DNA from: Anaerolineae bacterium | Lineage (GTDB): Bacteria; Chloroflexota; Anaerolineae; UBA1429 | Assembly: GCA_050949345.1 (NCBI GenBank) | Contig: JBMNFN010000001.1 | Coordinates: 1,218,931 to 1,282,930, forward strand | Length of the DNA stretch: 64,000 nt | Direction of reading: 5' to 3' | Shown here: positions 1 through 11,735 of the stretch, in pieces | How the letters are laid out: each line of letters begins with the position of its first letter | Position numbering within the stretch: the first letter of the stretch is position 1 | The notes under the pieces: model-generated | The model's input: only the letters and a program-made list of their open reading frames with translations | What the model was told of the DNA's origin: nothing | Databases searched by the model: none | Program-made: the position numbers and the translations under genes

Positions 1-1171
1 TAAAGGGATAACGGGCGGCCAAGGCCTCGTCGATATCCACGCCCCAGCCCGGAAGGTCGTTCGCCCACATGGCACCGTCGTGCACCTCGGGAGTGCCGGG
101 GAACACCTCTCGGAGCTCGTCGCCCATCAGCGAGAGCTCCTGGATACCAAAGTTGGGTGTCGCCAGATCGAGATGCATGTTGGCGGCGTGGCCAATGGGC
201 GATACATCGCCAGGGCCGTGCCAGGCGGTACGCACACCCATGAACTCGCAGAACGCCGCGAGCTTGTGCGCCATCGTAAAGCCGCCAATGTCACTGATGT
301 GTACCCGGATAAAGTCGATCAGACGGTCTTTGATGAGTGGCACATACTCGGCCTGGTTGACAAAGAGCTCGCCCATGGCCAGAGGGGTAGACGTCTGCTG
401 GCGCACGATATTAAAGTAAGCAATATCCTCAGGCGAAAAGAGGTCCTCAAGGAAAAAGAGGCGATACTGCTCCAGAGCCTTGGCGAGCCAGACGCCATCA
501 GAAGCCGGAATCCGCTCGTGCACGTCGTGCAGCAGCTCGACATCGTTACCCAAGGCGACACGGAGGTGCTCGAACAGGGCGGGCACCGTGTTGATGTACG
601 GTCGGTGCTCCCAGGTTCGGGTTTGCGCCGGGTTCAGCGCGGGGACCGTGGCGTCCCCACGGCTGCCATAGGTGGTGAGGCCTGGGATGGCCATCTGGCA
701 GCGTACATAGCGAAAGCCCTGTTCGATGAACGCGCGCGCCCTGTCCTCTACCTCTACCGGATCGCGGCCAGAGGCGTGCACATAGACTGGCACCGCCTCA
801 CGGACTTTACCACCCAGCAACTGGTATACGGGCATGCCGGCGCGCTTGCCCTTGATGTCCCACAGGGCCTGATCGAGCCCGCTGAGCGCGTTATTGAGCA
901 CGGGCCCGCTGCGCCAGTATGAGCTGAGGTAGGCTGCCTGATACAGGTCGTCGATGCGGTCCACGTCGCGCCCAATGGCGAACGGTTTGAGATAGGACTC
1001 GACGGCCGTAGCCACCGCCAGCGCCCGCTGGGTAAAGGTGGCACACCCCAGACCATACAAGCCCGGCTCGCTGGTGAGTACTTTGACGACGACGAGCCGA
1101 ATGCCCGCCGGCGCAGTGAGAATCGTCTGAACATCGGTGATCCGGACGGGTGGTGTACCCCTCTCGCTCAT
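1..1171 (-). CDS. Enolase-superfamily dehydratase (D-mannonate dehydratase ManD-like / mandelate racemase-muconate lactonizing family). Its 3' end lies beyond the window start.
   Basis: The minus-strand frame is open from the ATG at 1171 to position 2, preceded by GGAGG. Translation gives MSERGTPPVRITDVQTIL...GMPVYQLLGGKVREAVPVY...WHGPGDVSPIGHAANMHLDLATPNFGIQE...GWGVDIDEALAARYPF, typical enolase-superfamily motifs. The ORF is absent from the track because no stop falls inside the window. Confidence 0.8.
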   Translation of the reverse strand, partial: MSERGTPPVRITDVQTILTAPAGIRLVVVKVLTSEPGLYGLGCATFTQRALAVATAVESYLKPFAIGRDVDRIDDLYQAAYLSSYWRSGPVLNNALSGLDQALWDIKGKRAGMPVYQLLGGKVREAVPVYVHASGRDPVEVEDRARAFIEQGFRYVRCQMAIPGLTTYGSRGDATVPALNPAQTRTWEHRPYINTVPALFEHLRVALGNDVELLHDVHERIPASDGVWLAKALEQYRLFFLEDLFSPEDIAYFNIVRQQTSTPLAMGELFVNQAEYVPLIKDRLIDFIRVHISDIGGFTMAHKLAAFCEFMGVRTAWHGPGDVSPIGHAANMHLDLATPNFGIQELSLMGDELREVFPGTPEVHDGAMWANDLPGWGVDIDEALAARYPF

Positions 1172-1245
1172 GGCACCTCCCAGAGTGGTCTGCTGTACCC
1201 ATTCTAGACCTTGCCTGAACAAGTTCAAACCGAGCAGATGCATGT

Positions 1246-1274
1246 TTGGTTCGCCACTCTGGCTTGCTTATAAT
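1246..1274 (+). promoter_or_regulatory. Sigma70-like promoter for aspS: TTGGTT, 17 nt spacer, TATAAT
   Basis: TTGGTT at about 1246-1251, a 17-nt spacer, and TATAAT at 1269-1274. An AGGAG RBS lies 9 nt before the aspS ATG at 1310. Confidence 0.45.
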
Positions 1275-1309
1275 GACTGGAACCACCGGTTGCTTCAGGA
1301 GACGCCCAG

Positions 1310-3100
1310 ATGCTCAAGACAGAGGACTGCGGTCAGCTGCGATTGTCAGACGCGGGACGGACGGTGACCCTTGCGGGATGGGTTCATCGGCGACGCGACC
1401 ACGGCAATCTGATATTTGTGGATCTCCGCGACCGCTTTGGCATCACCCAGATCGTCTTTAATCCGGACACAAATCCTGACGTACATGCAGCCGCCTCTGA
1501 TCTGCACATCGAGTATGTCGTGCGCATCAAGGGTGTCGTCCGTGAGCGCCCCGAGGGGATGCGCAACAGTGACATGCCTACCGGCGACATTGAGGTGGTT
1601 GCCACCGAGCTCGAGATCCTGAATACCGCGCGCGTGCCCGTGTTTCACATCAACCGGGACAGCGAGGTAGATGAGGCACTGCGCCTGCGCTACCGCTATC
1701 TGGATCTCCGTCGCCCACGCATGCAGCGCAACCTGGTTCTGTACCATGAGGTGGCCCTGTTCTGCCGAGATTATTTGTCCGAGCGCAAGTTTGTCGAGAT
1801 CGAGACGCCGATTCTCTTCAAGAGCACGCCCGAGGGCGCCCGCGACTATGTGGTGCCCAGCAGACTGCATCCCGGCAAGTTCTTTGCGCTGCCGCAATCG
1901 CCTCAGCAGCTCAAGCAGCTCCTGATGGTGAGCGGCTTTGAGCGCTACTTTCAGATCGCGCGCTGCTTTCGCGATGAGGACCAGCGATCGGACCGCCAGC
2001 CCGAATTCACACAGTTGGACGTTGAGATGTCCTTTGTGGAACAGGAGGACATCCTGCAGCTGACCGAAGGCCTGTTGACGGCGCTGGTTCCGGCAGTATC
2101 CGACAAGAGGATCGCGACTGTCCCGTTCCCCAGGCTGACCTATGCCGAGGCGATGGGGCGTTACGGTTCGGACAAGCCCGATCTTCGTTTCGGGATGGAA
2201 CTGGTCGACCTCGGCAAAGCAGTTGCCGGCATGCCCTTTGTGGTCTTTTCCGAGGCGCTGGCGGCGGGCGGTCAGGTCAAGGCCATCGTCGCGCCAGGCT
2301 GCGCCGGCTATACGCGTCGTCAGATCGATGAGCTGACGGGGCGAGCACGCGCCCTGGGCGCCCGGGGTCTGGTCACCATACAGCTGCGCGCCGAGGGTGC
2401 GCACACCCCGCTTTCGCGCCACCTGTCGGCCGAGCAGTTGCAAGAGATCGTCTCCGCCTGTGGAGCCAACGAGGGGGATCTGATCCTCATCGTAGCGGAC
2501 CAGGCCAAGGTTGTGGCTGCCGTGCTGGGGCAGTTGCGAACGGACATGGGGCACGAGCTGGGCCTGGTAGATGACAACGTGCTGGCCATGACCTGGATCA
2601 CCGACTTTCCGCTGCTGGAATGGAACGACGAGGAAGAGCGCTACACCGCCGTCCATCATCCCTTTACCGCCCCAGCGGAGGCAGACCTGCCATTGCTGGA
2701 GAGCGATCCCGGCCACGTACGCGCACAGGCCTATGACATTGTCGCCAACGGGTATGAGATCGGCGGCGGCAGTATCCGTATTCACCGGCGAGACATTCAG
2801 GAACGGATGTTCAAGGCCATCGGCATGTCAGACGAGACGGCACAAACCCAGTTCGGGCACCTGCTGGAAGCTTTTGAGTTCGGCGCCCCACCCCACGGCG
2901 GTATCGCAGCGGGCCTGGCGCGCCTGGTGATGCTGCTGGCCGGTGAGCCCAACATTCGAGAGGTGACAGCCTTTCCCAAGACACAGAATGCAGTCGATCT
3001 GATGACCGATGCGCCCTCGTTCCTGACAGACAAGCAGCTGCAGGAGCTGCATATCGAGATTGCGCACCAGTCACCCGCTGCGGAACCTGACGATGCCTGA
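1310..3100 (+). CDS. aspS: Aspartyl-tRNA synthetase
   Basis: 596 aa. It has the N-terminal OB anticodon-binding domain, class II motifs ([31 protein letters not shown]) and a GAD insertion. ATG start with RBS. Confidence 0.95.
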   Translation: MLKTEDCGQLRLSDAGRTVTLAGWVHRRRDHGNLIFVDLRDRFGITQIVFNPDTNPDVHAAASDLHIEYVVRIKGVVRERPEGMRNSDMPTGDIEVVATELEILNTARVPVFHINRDSEVDEALRLRYRYLDLRRPRMQRNLVLYHEVALFCRDYLSERKFVEIETPILFKSTPEGARDYVVPSRLHPGKFFALPQSPQQLKQLLMVSGFERYFQIARCFRDEDQRSDRQPEFTQLDVEMSFVEQEDILQLTEGLLTALVPAVSDKRIATVPFPRLTYAEAMGRYGSDKPDLRFGMELVDLGKAVAGMPFVVFSEALAAGGQVKAIVAPGCAGYTRRQIDELTGRARALGARGLVTIQLRAEGAHTPLSRHLSAEQLQEIVSACGANEGDLILIVADQAKVVAAVLGQLRTDMGHELGLVDDNVLAMTWITDFPLLEWNDEEERYTAVHHPFTAPAEADLPLLESDPGHVRAQAYDIVANGYEIGGGSIRIHRRDIQERMFKAIGMSDETAQTQFGHLLEAFEFGAPPHGGIAAGLARLVMLLAGEPNIREVTAFPKTQNAVDLMTDAPSFLTDKQLQELHIEIAHQSPAAEPDDA

Positions 3101-3800
3101 GGCAGACCGTTTGCAGCAACTGACCGCCTTTGCGGCCCAAGCCGGGGTCTCCTTCCAGGATCTGTCGCTGCTCGACCAGGCACTGACGCACAGCTCCTTC
3201 ACCCACGAGAATCCAGGCCTGGCTGCCGGAGATAATGAGCGACTGGAGTACCTGGGCGATGCGATTCTCGGTTTTCTGGTGGCCGAGTGGCTGTATGCGC
3301 GCTACCCCAGCGCCACAGAGGGCGAACTTACCCGGCTGCGCGTATACATTGTCCGCGGCGAGACGCTGGCCGCCATCGGACGACAGTGTGCCCTCGGCCG
3401 GTACCTGCTGATGGGCCGTGGCGAGGCAGCCAACGGGGGCCAGGACCGCGAAGCGAATCTTGCCGGTGCTGTTGAGGCTCTCACTGGGGCGATGTATCTC
3501 GATGGGGGCATGGAGCAGACCCGCCGCTTTGTGCAACGTCTGCTGGAGACGCACACCGAGCAGATCGAGGATCAACGCACCCGCAAGGATCCCAAGACGT
3601 ACCTGCAAGAGTACACCCAGTCAGCCATGCAGATCACGCCGGCATATGCTATTGTCCAAGAAAGCGGACCTCAGCATCGGCGCACTTTTCAGGCGCAGGT
3701 GCTGGTGAACGGCGTGGTATGGGGCACAGGTACCGGCAGCAGCAAACAGGCCGCTGAGCAGGGGGCGGCACGGGCGGCCATTCGAGATCGATCGCTGTAG
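3093..3800 (+). CDS. rnc: Ribonuclease III
   Basis: Carries the ERLEYLGDA RNase III signature and a C-terminal dsRBD. The ATG at 3093 overlaps the aspS stop (ATGCCTGA). The track start at 3060 is a TTG. Confidence 0.9.
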   Translation: MPEADRLQQLTAFAAQAGVSFQDLSLLDQALTHSSFTHENPGLAAGDNERLEYLGDAILGFLVAEWLYARYPSATEGELTRLRVYIVRGETLAAIGRQCALGRYLLMGRGEAANGGQDREANLAGAVEALTGAMYLDGGMEQTRRFVQRLLETHTEQIEDQRTRKDPKTYLQEYTQSAMQITPAYAIVQESGPQHRRTFQAQVLVNGVVWGTGTGSSKQAAEQGAARAAIRDRSL

Positions 3801-3854
3801 CGTGGCAACACGCTGGTCCAAAACAGCTGCACAGCAAGAGGTCATATCAACCGC

Positions 3855-6800
3855 ATGCGCCTGAAGCGTCTGGAACTGTATGGCTACAAGAGCTTTGCCT
3901 CGCGCGCAGTGTTCGAGTTCAGCGATGGCGTTACGGCGATTGTGGGCCCCAACGGGAGCGGCAAGAGTAACATCGCCGACGGGATCCGCTGGGTGCTCGG
4001 TGAGCAGAGCTACACCAACCTGCGAGGTCGGCGCACAGAGGACATGATTTTTGCCGGCTCGCGCAAGCGCGCACGGCTCGGAATGGCCGAAGTCACACTG
4101 ACGCTGGACAATGCCGATCGCTGGCTCGACATCGATTTTACCGAAGTCACTATCGGGCGACGGGCGTACAGGTCCGGCGAGAACGAATACCTCCTGAACG
4201 GCAGCCGGGTCCGCTATCGCGAGATCGCTGACCTGCTGGGCAGCGCCGGCGTTACTGCCAGCAATTATGTGGTCATCGGGCAGGGCATGGTGGATGCCGC
4301 GCTCGCCCTGACGCCAGAGGCTCGGCGTTCGCTCTTTGAAGAGGCAGCCGGGATTGCACCTCAACTCCGCAAGCGCGAAGAGACCCTCCAGCGCATCGCC
4401 GAGACCCAGCGCAATCTGGAGCGGGCCGAAGACATTATCGGCGAGCTGCGCCCCAGGGCCCGTACCTTGCGCCGTCAGGCGGAGCGCGCCGAGGAGCACC
4501 TGCTGCTGGCACAGGACCTGCGGGAGCTGCAGCGCATCTGGTTCGGTTACCAGTGGCAAAACAGCCAACAGCGCGTGGCGCAGGCCGAGGTGCTTCTTGT
4601 GCAGGCGCGTGAAGCGCTGGATGCGCAGCGGAGCTATGCCCGTGAGCAACAGGCACATCAGGACGGGTTACGCTCACAGATCGCAGGGGAAACAGAGCGG
4701 CAGGATGCGCTGTCCGCTCAGGTTGCCACCTTGCGCGAAGAGCACGAGTCGGTAAGCCGCACGCTCGCCATCAGCGGAGAGCGGGCACGCTTGTACGCAC
4801 AGCAGCGGGCATCGGCCGAGGAGGACAAACAGGCCCTGCTCTCGCGCCGCAGCGTGCTGCAGGACGAGGTCGCCCGTGCAGCCGCACAACTGTCCGAGCT
4901 GAGTGCACGGTATCAGAGTTGCCTCACCGAAATCTCAGGTCTGCAGGCCGGTCTTGCTGCAGCAGACCGTGAAAGGCAGGAGGTGGCCGAGGCCATCCGC
5001 TCGGTGGAAAAAGAGATCACGGCCCGTGAGCGCCAGGTGGCCCAGCGGCAGGCACAGGCCGAACAGTTGTCTGAACGCCGCGATGAGCTGCTTCGCGAAC
5101 GTGACTCGGTACGCACCCGGACGCTGGAAGGCACCGAAAAGCTCTCTGGCATGCAGGCCCAGTACACCCGGTTACACGACAGAGAACAGGCGCTGGCGAC
5201 CGAGCAGCGGGCACTGGAGGAGCAACGCGAGTCAGACGACGCCGCGCTGACCCTCGCCCGTGAATCACTGGTAGCGGCAGAGCGGATCGCCAGTGAGGCC
5301 CGCGACAACCGTGACCAGCTGAACTCTCGCCAGAAAAGTCTGCAGCGTCAGCGCGAACAGATGAGTGACTTTCATCCAGGGGTGCGCGAGGTGCTGCGTG
5401 CGGGTCATACGCTGCAGGGCATTCGTGGGCCAGTGGCCACGCTGATGCGGGTGCCAGCCGAGTATGAGCAGGCCATCCAGTCGGCACTGGGTACGCGGCT
5501 GGAGAACATTGTCACCGAGAGGTGGAGTGATGCAGAGGCGGCCATCGCCTTTCTAAAGGAGCGCCACTCGGGCTGGGCCACATTTCTACCCCTGGATACG
5601 CTCCGCGCACGGCCCCCCATCAAAGCGGCCAGAACGCCAGGGGTAGTAGGCGTTGCCAGTGAGCTGATCCGTTTCGATGCGGATCTCCAGCCGGTATTCG
5701 ATCTCTTGCTGGGCCACGTGCTTGTGGTCGACAATCTGCGCGTCGCCCGCCGGCTGTTGTCTGAGCGCAGCGGCGCATCCCTGCTGGTGACGTTGGAGGG
5801 CGATACGGCCCAGCCCAGCGGTGCCGTCAGCGGTGGGGCGCGGCAGGTTCAGACCCGCGTGCTCGCCCAGGAGCGCGAATGGCGCGAACTCCCGGCACAG
5901 CTCCACTCGGCGGAGGAAGCGTTGAGCAGTGCCTCCCATTCCGTTGCAACCGCCCAGTCGGAGATCGACCGACTGCAGCGCACCCTGAGAGAGCAAGCCA
6001 GCCTCCTTGCCAGCAAGAGACAAGCCCGCGACGCGGCTCACCAGGCCGCCGTGCGTCACAGCGACGAGATCGCACGGGCAGAGCGTGACCAGACCTGGCT
6101 GACCGCCCGCTCTGAACAATTGGAGAAGGATCTCGTCCAACTGGCAGAGAGACAGTCAGCAGTGAATGCCAGCCTGGGCCAACTGGATACACAGGGGCAG
6201 GCCCTCTCGGATCGCCTGGCGGCCCTGGTGGAGCGCCGCGAGGCCGTGCAGGATGCCGAGGATCGCCAGCGCCTGAACGCGCTGCAGACCGAGGCAGAGG
6301 TGAGCCAGCGCACCGCCAAGAGCGTACAGGCGCTGCGAGACACCCACGTGCGTAACCTTGAGCAGATCGATCAGCAGGTGGCTGCCCGCAGCGCGCAGAG
6401 CGCGGAGCACGCTGCTCGGCTGGCAGATGTGCAGCAGCAGATCGTCGAGGGCGAAGCCCATCTGGCCGAGCTGCAGGCCAGGTTGGACACTGCCCGAGGT
6501 GAACTGGTGCCGGTCCAGTCGCGCAGGGCACAGCTGGAGGTTGAGGAGCAGGAAGGTGCACGTCAGCTGGCCGCCAGCCTGGAGAGGCTGCACGAGGCAG
6601 AGACAGAGTTCAACCAGTCCACTCTGGAGCGGGACCGCGCGCACGATCGTCAGGCGAGCCTGAGCCTGGAGATCGAGGAATCGCTGGGACCGATCGACCT
6701 GCCCGATACGGTTGCCCACCAGCTGCGTCTCAATCTGGATGACGACGTGGTAGAGCTGCCCCGGGTGATGGTTCTGCCCTCTGGCTTGAGCGACGAGATC

Positions 6801-7442
6801 CGCCAGATGCGCGCGCGCCTGGGGCGCGTGGGGAGCATCAACCCCGAAGCCCCCCGCGAATATGAGCGTCTGCTGGAACGCCAGACTTTTCTCTCCAGCC
6901 AGATTTCGGACCTGCGTGGCGCCATCGCCTCGCTGCACGAAGTCATCGAGGAGCTGGATCAGGTTATCGAGCGCGACTTTGGCGTAGCCGTCCGTTCCGT
7001 GGACGAGCGCTTTCGGGAGTTTTTCACCGAGCTCTTTGGTGGCGGCACTGCGCGTCTGGTGTTGACCGATCCGGAGAATCTCGCCGCTTCAGGGGTGGAC
7101 ATCATCGCTCAACCACCCGGCAAACACGCCCAGCGCCTGTCGCTGTTGTCCGGAGGAGAGAGAGCACTCACCGCTGTTGCCCTGCTTTTCGCACTGCTGG
7201 CGGCCAACCCAGTGCCATTTTGTATTCTGGATGAAGTGGACGCCGCGCTGGACGAGTCCAACGTGGGGCGCTTTCGCGACATGCTCCGTCACCGCGCCCA
7301 AAACACACAATACGTGGTGATCACCCATAACCGGCGAACCATCGAGGCTGCCGAGACCATCTACGGCATCTCGATGGAGGATCAGGGCGTGTCGCAGTGC
7401 ATCTCGCTGCAGGTGAGTGAGAGCTCAGCCCAGCCCTCGTAG
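3855..7442 (+). CDS. smc: Chromosome partition protein SMC
   Basis: 1195 aa. N-terminal Walker A [19 protein letters not shown], long coiled coils, hinge, and C-terminal signature [17 protein letters not shown] plus Walker [11 protein letters not shown]. Confidence 0.95.
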   Translation: MRLKRLELYGYKSFASRAVFEFSDGVTAIVGPNGSGKSNIADGIRWVLGEQSYTNLRGRRTEDMIFAGSRKRARLGMAEVTLTLDNADRWLDIDFTEVTIGRRAYRSGENEYLLNGSRVRYREIADLLGSAGVTASNYVVIGQGMVDAALALTPEARRSLFEEAAGIAPQLRKREETLQRIAETQRNLERAEDIIGELRPRARTLRRQAERAEEHLLLAQDLRELQRIWFGYQWQNSQQRVAQAEVLLVQAREALDAQRSYAREQQAHQDGLRSQIAGETERQDALSAQVATLREEHESVSRTLAISGERARLYAQQRASAEEDKQALLSRRSVLQDEVARAAAQLSELSARYQSCLTEISGLQAGLAAADRERQEVAEAIRSVEKEITARERQVAQRQAQAEQLSERRDELLRERDSVRTRTLEGTEKLSGMQAQYTRLHDREQALATEQRALEEQRESDDAALTLARESLVAAERIASEARDNRDQLNSRQKSLQRQREQMSDFHPGVREVLRAGHTLQGIRGPVATLMRVPAEYEQAIQSALGTRLENIVTERWSDAEAAIAFLKERHSGWATFLPLDTLRARPPIKAARTPGVVGVASELIRFDADLQPVFDLLLGHVLVVDNLRVARRLLSERSGASLLVTLEGDTAQPSGAVSGGARQVQTRVLAQEREWRELPAQLHSAEEALSSASHSVATAQSEIDRLQRTLREQASLLASKRQARDAAHQAAVRHSDEIARAERDQTWLTARSEQLEKDLVQLAERQSAVNASLGQLDTQGQALSDRLAALVERREAVQDAEDRQRLNALQTEAEVSQRTAKSVQALRDTHVRNLEQIDQQVAARSAQSAEHAARLADVQQQIVEGEAHLAELQARLDTARGELVPVQSRRAQLEVEEQEGARQLAASLERLHEAETEFNQSTLERDRAHDRQASLSLEIEESLGPIDLPDTVAHQLRLNLDDDVVELPRVMVLPSGLSDEIRQMRARLGRVGSINPEAPREYERLLERQTFLSSQISDLRGAIASLHEVIEELDQVIERDFGVAVRSVDERFREFFTELFGGGTARLVLTDPENLAASGVDIIAQPPGKHAQRLSLLSGGERALTAVALLFALLAANPVPFCILDEVDAALDESNVGRFRDMLRHRAQNTQYVVITHNRRTIEAAETIYGISMEDQGVSQCISLQVSESSAQPS

Positions 7443-7468
7443 CAGAGCCGTTCTCCCAAGAATGGGGC

Positions 7469-8041
7469 TCAATCTTGAGGCGCCGAAGGCAGGCTGTCTT
7501 CCAGTTCGGGGAATCGGGGCAGCATGTCCAGCGACTCGAGGCCAAAATATCGCAGGAACTCAAAGGTGGTGCCCAACAGTTCCGGGCGCCCCGCCTGCTC
7601 CAACTGCCCCACGGTCTCGATGAGATTGCGGGCGCGCAGCGTGCGAATCACGCCGTCTGAGTTGACGCCGCGAATCGCCTCCACCTGTGCTCGGGTTACC
7701 GGCTGGCGATAGGCGATCACGGCTACCGTCTCCATGGCCGCGGCAGAGAGCCGTGTCGTACGATCCATCCCAAGGAACCGGGCTACTGCGGGGGCAGCCT
7801 CAGCAGCGGTCACCATCTGCACACGCATGCCCACCCGGGTAACCGCCACTCCCCTGTCCCGGCCTTGCGCCACGAGCCAGTCCAATGCCTGCTGGATCTG
7901 GTCTGCACCCACTTCCAGGGTTTCGGCCAAATCAGAGACGTTCACCGGCTCATCAGCAACAAACAAGAGCGCCTCCACGAGGCGCGCCAGATCGATAACT
8001 TGCTGTGACGGTTGTTCCACGGGTTCCACGAGGTGTTGCAT
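7469..8041 (-). CDS. scpB: Segregation and condensation protein B
   Basis: 190 aa with tandem winged-helix ScpB motifs (LVEALLFVADEPV..., IAYRQPVTRAQVEAIRGV). ATG start. Confidence 0.85.
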   Translation of the reverse strand: MQHLVEPVEQPSQQVIDLARLVEALLFVADEPVNVSDLAETLEVGADQIQQALDWLVAQGRDRGVAVTRVGMRVQMVTAAEAAPAVARFLGMDRTTRLSAAAMETVAVIAYRQPVTRAQVEAIRGVNSDGVIRTLRARNLIETVGQLEQAGRPELLGTTFEFLRYFGLESLDMLPRFPELEDSLPSAPQD

Positions 8042-8115
8042 TCCCGAGATTGCTACGCCCTCGCAGCGGCTGTCGTTCAGCGCCGCTGCGAGGGCGTTCG
8101 AGTTCGCTCTAATCC

Positions 8116-8829
8116 CTACTGCCCGTCAGGTCGCCGAGGGGCTTCTGACGATGAGGGGCGTTCACCAATGGTTCTCGGTCCGCTCACGGGCCCAGAGACG
8201 GGCGGGCGCGCGGCCGGAGGGATCATGGGCCCAGAGCTGCTCTGGGGGCGAGCCACAGGGCGCGTATTGGGTGCAGGGCTCATGCTGCCGCGAGGGAAGG
8301 GCTCGTGAGCCACCACCACCTCTACCGGACCATGGATCTTGACGCCCAGCTGTGTCTCGATGATCTCGTGCGCCAGCGCCACTACCTGGTTGGTCACATT
8401 GGGCACGTTCACCGAGGGGCTGGTGTGCAGCTCTACCGACACCGTCACGTCCTTGCCGCGGCTGCTGATACGCGGTTTGGCATCCCGTACACCGGGCAGT
8501 TCATCGATACGATAGGCCAGGCTCTGAGTGACCGATTCGACCCCGATGCTGGCCTTGCCAGAACCTTCGGTGCGAATGCGCACTGACTTTTTGCGTGTCC
8601 GACGGAGCTCCAGAATCAGGAGGACAAAGAGCAACAGCCCGAGCACAGCGAGGGCGATGCGATAGTACAGCGTCTGAGCGGAAGCAATGCTCAGCACACC
8701 ATCCCGCGCCATGTCCATTCCCCATGTACCCGCTTCCAATGCCCGCTGAGGATCGTAAAACATGACCGCTGCCAGCGCCATCAAAGCCAGAATCAGCAGC
8801 ACCATCACAATCCGGTTAAGTACATTCAT
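8116..8829 (-). CDS. Membrane-anchored Asp23/Gls24-family (DUF322) protein with a Pro/Ser-rich C-terminal tail
   Basis: The ATG at 8829 (M18 of the track ORF) is preceded by AGGAGAGATCC. It has an N-terminal TM helix (IVMVLLILALMALAAVMF) and a second hydrophobic segment, then an Asp23-like core (GVESVTQSLAYRIDELPGV...VSVELHTS...HEIIETQLGVKIHGPVEVVV). The track start at 8880 is a GTG. Confidence 0.6.
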   Translation of the reverse strand: MNVLNRIVMVLLILALMALAAVMFYDPQRALEAGTWGMDMARDGVLSIASAQTLYYRIALAVLGLLLFVLLILELRRTRKKSVRIRTEGSGKASIGVESVTQSLAYRIDELPGVRDAKPRISSRGKDVTVSVELHTSPSVNVPNVTNQVVALAHEIIETQLGVKIHGPVEVVVAHEPFPRGSMSPAPNTRPVARPQSSSGPMIPPAARPPVSGPVSGPRTIGERPSSSEAPRRPDGQ

Positions 8830-8981
8830 GGATCTCTCCTTATCGCAGGCCTGACACGCAATCTCAGCTGCATTATACACAGGGTCACGCGGAACGTCTA
8901 GAACAGCAGCAAAAGGACTCTATCCCGCGACGGTTGTTCAAGCAAGATGGTATGCTATAATCAGCAATCGGAGGCAGAGCC

Positions 8982-11735
8982 ATGAAGGAAAAACCACGCC
9001 TGATGCTCATCGACGGGCACGCAATGGCCTACCGCGCCTATTTTGCGACCCCACCGCTCACCGCCCCCAACGGTGAGCCCAGCAACGCGACCTTTGGCTT
9101 TGCGAGTATGCTGCTCAAGGTCATTGCCGAGTTCAGGCCGGACTATGTGATCGCTACTTTTGACTCGGGCAGGACCTTTCGGCACGAAGAGTACCCCGAA
9201 TACAAGGCCACACGTGCCAAGATGCCTGACGATCTGCGCGTTCAGGTGGAGAGAATCCAGTCCCTCACCGAGACAATGGGCATCCCCGTCAAGACGCTGG
9301 AAGGTTTCGAGGCCGATGACCTGTTGGGGACGCTGTCACACCTGGCGTCTGAAAAGGGATTGGAGACCCTCATCGTCACGGGCGACAGCGACACGCTGCA
9401 GCTGGTGACCGAAAGCGTCCAGGTCGTCATGCCGCGGCGCACCATGAGCGACACGCGCCTGTATGACATGGCCGCCGTGCGCGAGCAGTACGGCCTCGAC
9501 CCGAGGCAGCTGATCGAATACAAGGCCCTGATGGGTGATACCTCGGACAATATCCCCGGGGTGAGAGGCGTCGGCGAAAAGACCGCCAGGCGCCTGATCG
9601 GTCAGTATGGATCGGTGGATGGCGTATATGCCCACTTGGACGAGATCAAGGAGGCCCGTTACCGTACTGCTCTGGAAAAGGGACACGAGGACGCACTGCT
9701 CAGCCGCCATCTCGTGACCATTGTCTGCGATCTGGATGTGGATCTGAGCCTGGAGGATGCCCGTTGGGGCGTTTTCGATCGCGTTCAGCTGATGGATATG
9801 CTGCGCGAGCTGGGCTTTCACTCTCTGCTTGACCGACTGCCCACAGATGCCGTAACGCCTGGCGAGCAGCTGTCGCTGTTTGCCACGCCCGCGTCCACGA
9901 CAAGCGATGAGCCGCGGGTCTTTGGTGACTATACCATCGTAGATACCCCTGCCCTGCTCGAGAAACTGGTCAGCAGACTGCGAGAGGTGGACCTGATTGG
10001 ACTCGATACCGAAACCACCGGCGTGGAGCACATGCTGTGCCGGTTGGTGGGCATCTCGATCGCCACAGGCCAGGGCGAGGCATGGTACGTTCCTGTAGGA
10101 CATGTTGCCGCCACCGGCGAGGCCCAACTTGCCCTCGATTCCGTTACACATGCTCTGGGGCCCTTCCTGGCCGACCCAGCCAAGGGCAAAGTGCTGCACA
10201 ACGCCAAGTTTGATTTGATCGTGCTCGAGAGACACGGTATGCCCGTTCGCGGATTATGTGACGACACCATGCTTGCCGCCTGGCTGCTCTCTCCTACGGG
10301 GCGGGGCATCAGCCTGCGGGAACAGGCCTTTCAGCGCCTGTCCATCGAGATGACGGACACCTCAGAGCTGATCGGTCGCGGGCGTACGCAAACCACCATG
10401 GACAAAGTGTCGATTAACGCCGTAGGCATGTATGCCTGTGCCGACGCCGACATGACCCTGCGGCTGGACAGTGTGTTGCACACCGAGCTCGACGAGCGGC
10501 AACAGGGCGCCCTGTACGCTGATGTCGAAGTGCCCCTGGTGCCGGTGCTCAAAGACATGGAGATGCACGGTGTTCTGGTGGATGTCCCCTATCTCAAAGA
10601 GATGTCGCGCAGCGTGGGCCAACAGATTGCCGAGCTCGAACGGGGTATCCATGCGCTGGCCGGCCATCCCTTTAACCTGAATTCTCCCAAACAGTTGGGC
10701 GAGGTGCTCTTTCAGGAACTGAACCTTCCCGTGGTGCGCAGAACCAAGTCGGGCCCCTCGACAGACGCAGCGGTATTGGACCAGCTCAAGGACGCACACC
10801 CCATTGTGGCGCAGCTGCTCGAGTTTCGTGGCTTGGACAAGCTCCGCGGCACCTATATCGATACCCTGCCGCGACTGGTGAACCCGCATACCGGCAGGGT
10901 GCACACTTCTTTTCACCAGACGGGCACCAGCACGGGGCGCCTGTCCTCCAGCGATCCCAACCTGCAGAACATCCCCGTACGGGACGAAATGGGCCGTCAT
11001 GTGAGGCGAGCCTTTGTGGCTCCGCCAGGGCATCAGCTACTGGGTTGTGACTATTCGCAGGTCGAGCTGCGTCTGCTGGCGCACGTCTCGGAGGATCCGG
11101 AGATGATTGCCGCCTTTGAGCGCGGAGAGGACGTGCATGCCACTACGGCCGCCGCCATTTACAACTTGCCCTTGTCCGAGGTAGGGTACGAACAACGCAG
11201 CCTGGCCAAGGCCATCAACTTTGGGCTGATGTATGGCATGAGCTCCTTTGGTCTCGCCTCGCGCACCAACCTCACGCCGGAGCAGGCAGCCGAGTTTATC
11301 AAAGCCTACTTTTCGCGTTTTGCCGGCGTGCGCAAGTACCTGGATGAGACCATCGCGCTGGCGCGCCGCCAGGGCTATGTAGAAACGATCATGGGGCGTC
11401 GGCGATACTTTCCCGAGCTCGCCCAGCGCAGCGTGAATCCCGCGGTCAGAAACGCCGCCGAGCGCGCAGCAGTGAACATGCCCATTCAGGGCAGTGCGGC
11501 GGACATCCTCAAGGTCGCCATGATCCGGCTCTACAGAGAACTCCGCAGTGGCAAGCTGGATGCCCACATGATCCTGCAGGTGCATGACGAGCTCGTCCTG
11601 GAGGTAGCCGACGACGATGTGGATGAGGCGCGCGCCCTGCTGGTAGAGACCATGTCCCATGCTGTTGACCTGCGCGTACCGCTGCAGGTCGAGGTATCGA
11701 TCGGCAGAAACTGGATGGAGATGAAACAGTTATGA
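8982..11735 (+). CDS. polA: DNA polymerase I
   Basis: 917 aa. 5'-3' exonuclease N-terminus (MLIDGHAMAYRAYFA), 3'-5' exo domain, and polymerase motifs (RRAFVAPPGHQLLGCDYSQVELR, QVHDELVLE). An ATGA overlap links it to argS. Confidence 0.95.
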   Translation: MKEKPRLMLIDGHAMAYRAYFATPPLTAPNGEPSNATFGFASMLLKVIAEFRPDYVIATFDSGRTFRHEEYPEYKATRAKMPDDLRVQVERIQSLTETMGIPVKTLEGFEADDLLGTLSHLASEKGLETLIVTGDSDTLQLVTESVQVVMPRRTMSDTRLYDMAAVREQYGLDPRQLIEYKALMGDTSDNIPGVRGVGEKTARRLIGQYGSVDGVYAHLDEIKEARYRTALEKGHEDALLSRHLVTIVCDLDVDLSLEDARWGVFDRVQLMDMLRELGFHSLLDRLPTDAVTPGEQLSLFATPASTTSDEPRVFGDYTIVDTPALLEKLVSRLREVDLIGLDTETTGVEHMLCRLVGISIATGQGEAWYVPVGHVAATGEAQLALDSVTHALGPFLADPAKGKVLHNAKFDLIVLERHGMPVRGLCDDTMLAAWLLSPTGRGISLREQAFQRLSIEMTDTSELIGRGRTQTTMDKVSINAVGMYACADADMTLRLDSVLHTELDERQQGALYADVEVPLVPVLKDMEMHGVLVDVPYLKEMSRSVGQQIAELERGIHALAGHPFNLNSPKQLGEVLFQELNLPVVRRTKSGPSTDAAVLDQLKDAHPIVAQLLEFRGLDKLRGTYIDTLPRLVNPHTGRVHTSFHQTGTSTGRLSSSDPNLQNIPVRDEMGRHVRRAFVAPPGHQLLGCDYSQVELRLLAHVSEDPEMIAAFERGEDVHATTAAAIYNLPLSEVGYEQRSLAKAINFGLMYGMSSFGLASRTNLTPEQAAEFIKAYFSRFAGVRKYLDETIALARRQGYVETIMGRRRYFPELAQRSVNPAVRNAAERAAVNMPIQGSAADILKVAMIRLYRELRSGKLDAHMILQVHDELVLEVADDDVDEARALLVETMSHAVDLRVPLQVEVSIGRNWMEMKQL

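Noticed and set aside
1346-2785. A 479-aa ORF antisense to aspS, and many similar long antisense or overlapping ORFs: 2811-3608, 3621-4658, 15480-16679, 16767-17825, 18240-19256, 20612-22213, 41915-43018, 47241-48764, 51009-52103, 55667-56674, 57322-58545 and 60320-61675.
   Set aside because: They lie entirely inside strongly supported genes on the opposite strand. Their products are low-complexity and Arg/Ala/Gly/Pro-rich, typical of stop-codon depletion in high-GC DNA. None has an RBS or a recognisable motif.
8934-8961. polA promoter TTGTTC, 16 nt spacer, TATAAT.
   Set aside because: The -35 is a poor match and the spacing is uncertain. It is too weak to list as a feature.
8982-9185. Apparent frameshift or indel at the 5' end of polA when reading coordinates by eye.
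   Set aside because: Re-reading the lines showed a mis-count of 10-nt blocks on my side. The track ORF 8982-11735 is continuous and encodes a full-length Pol I. It is not a pseudogene.
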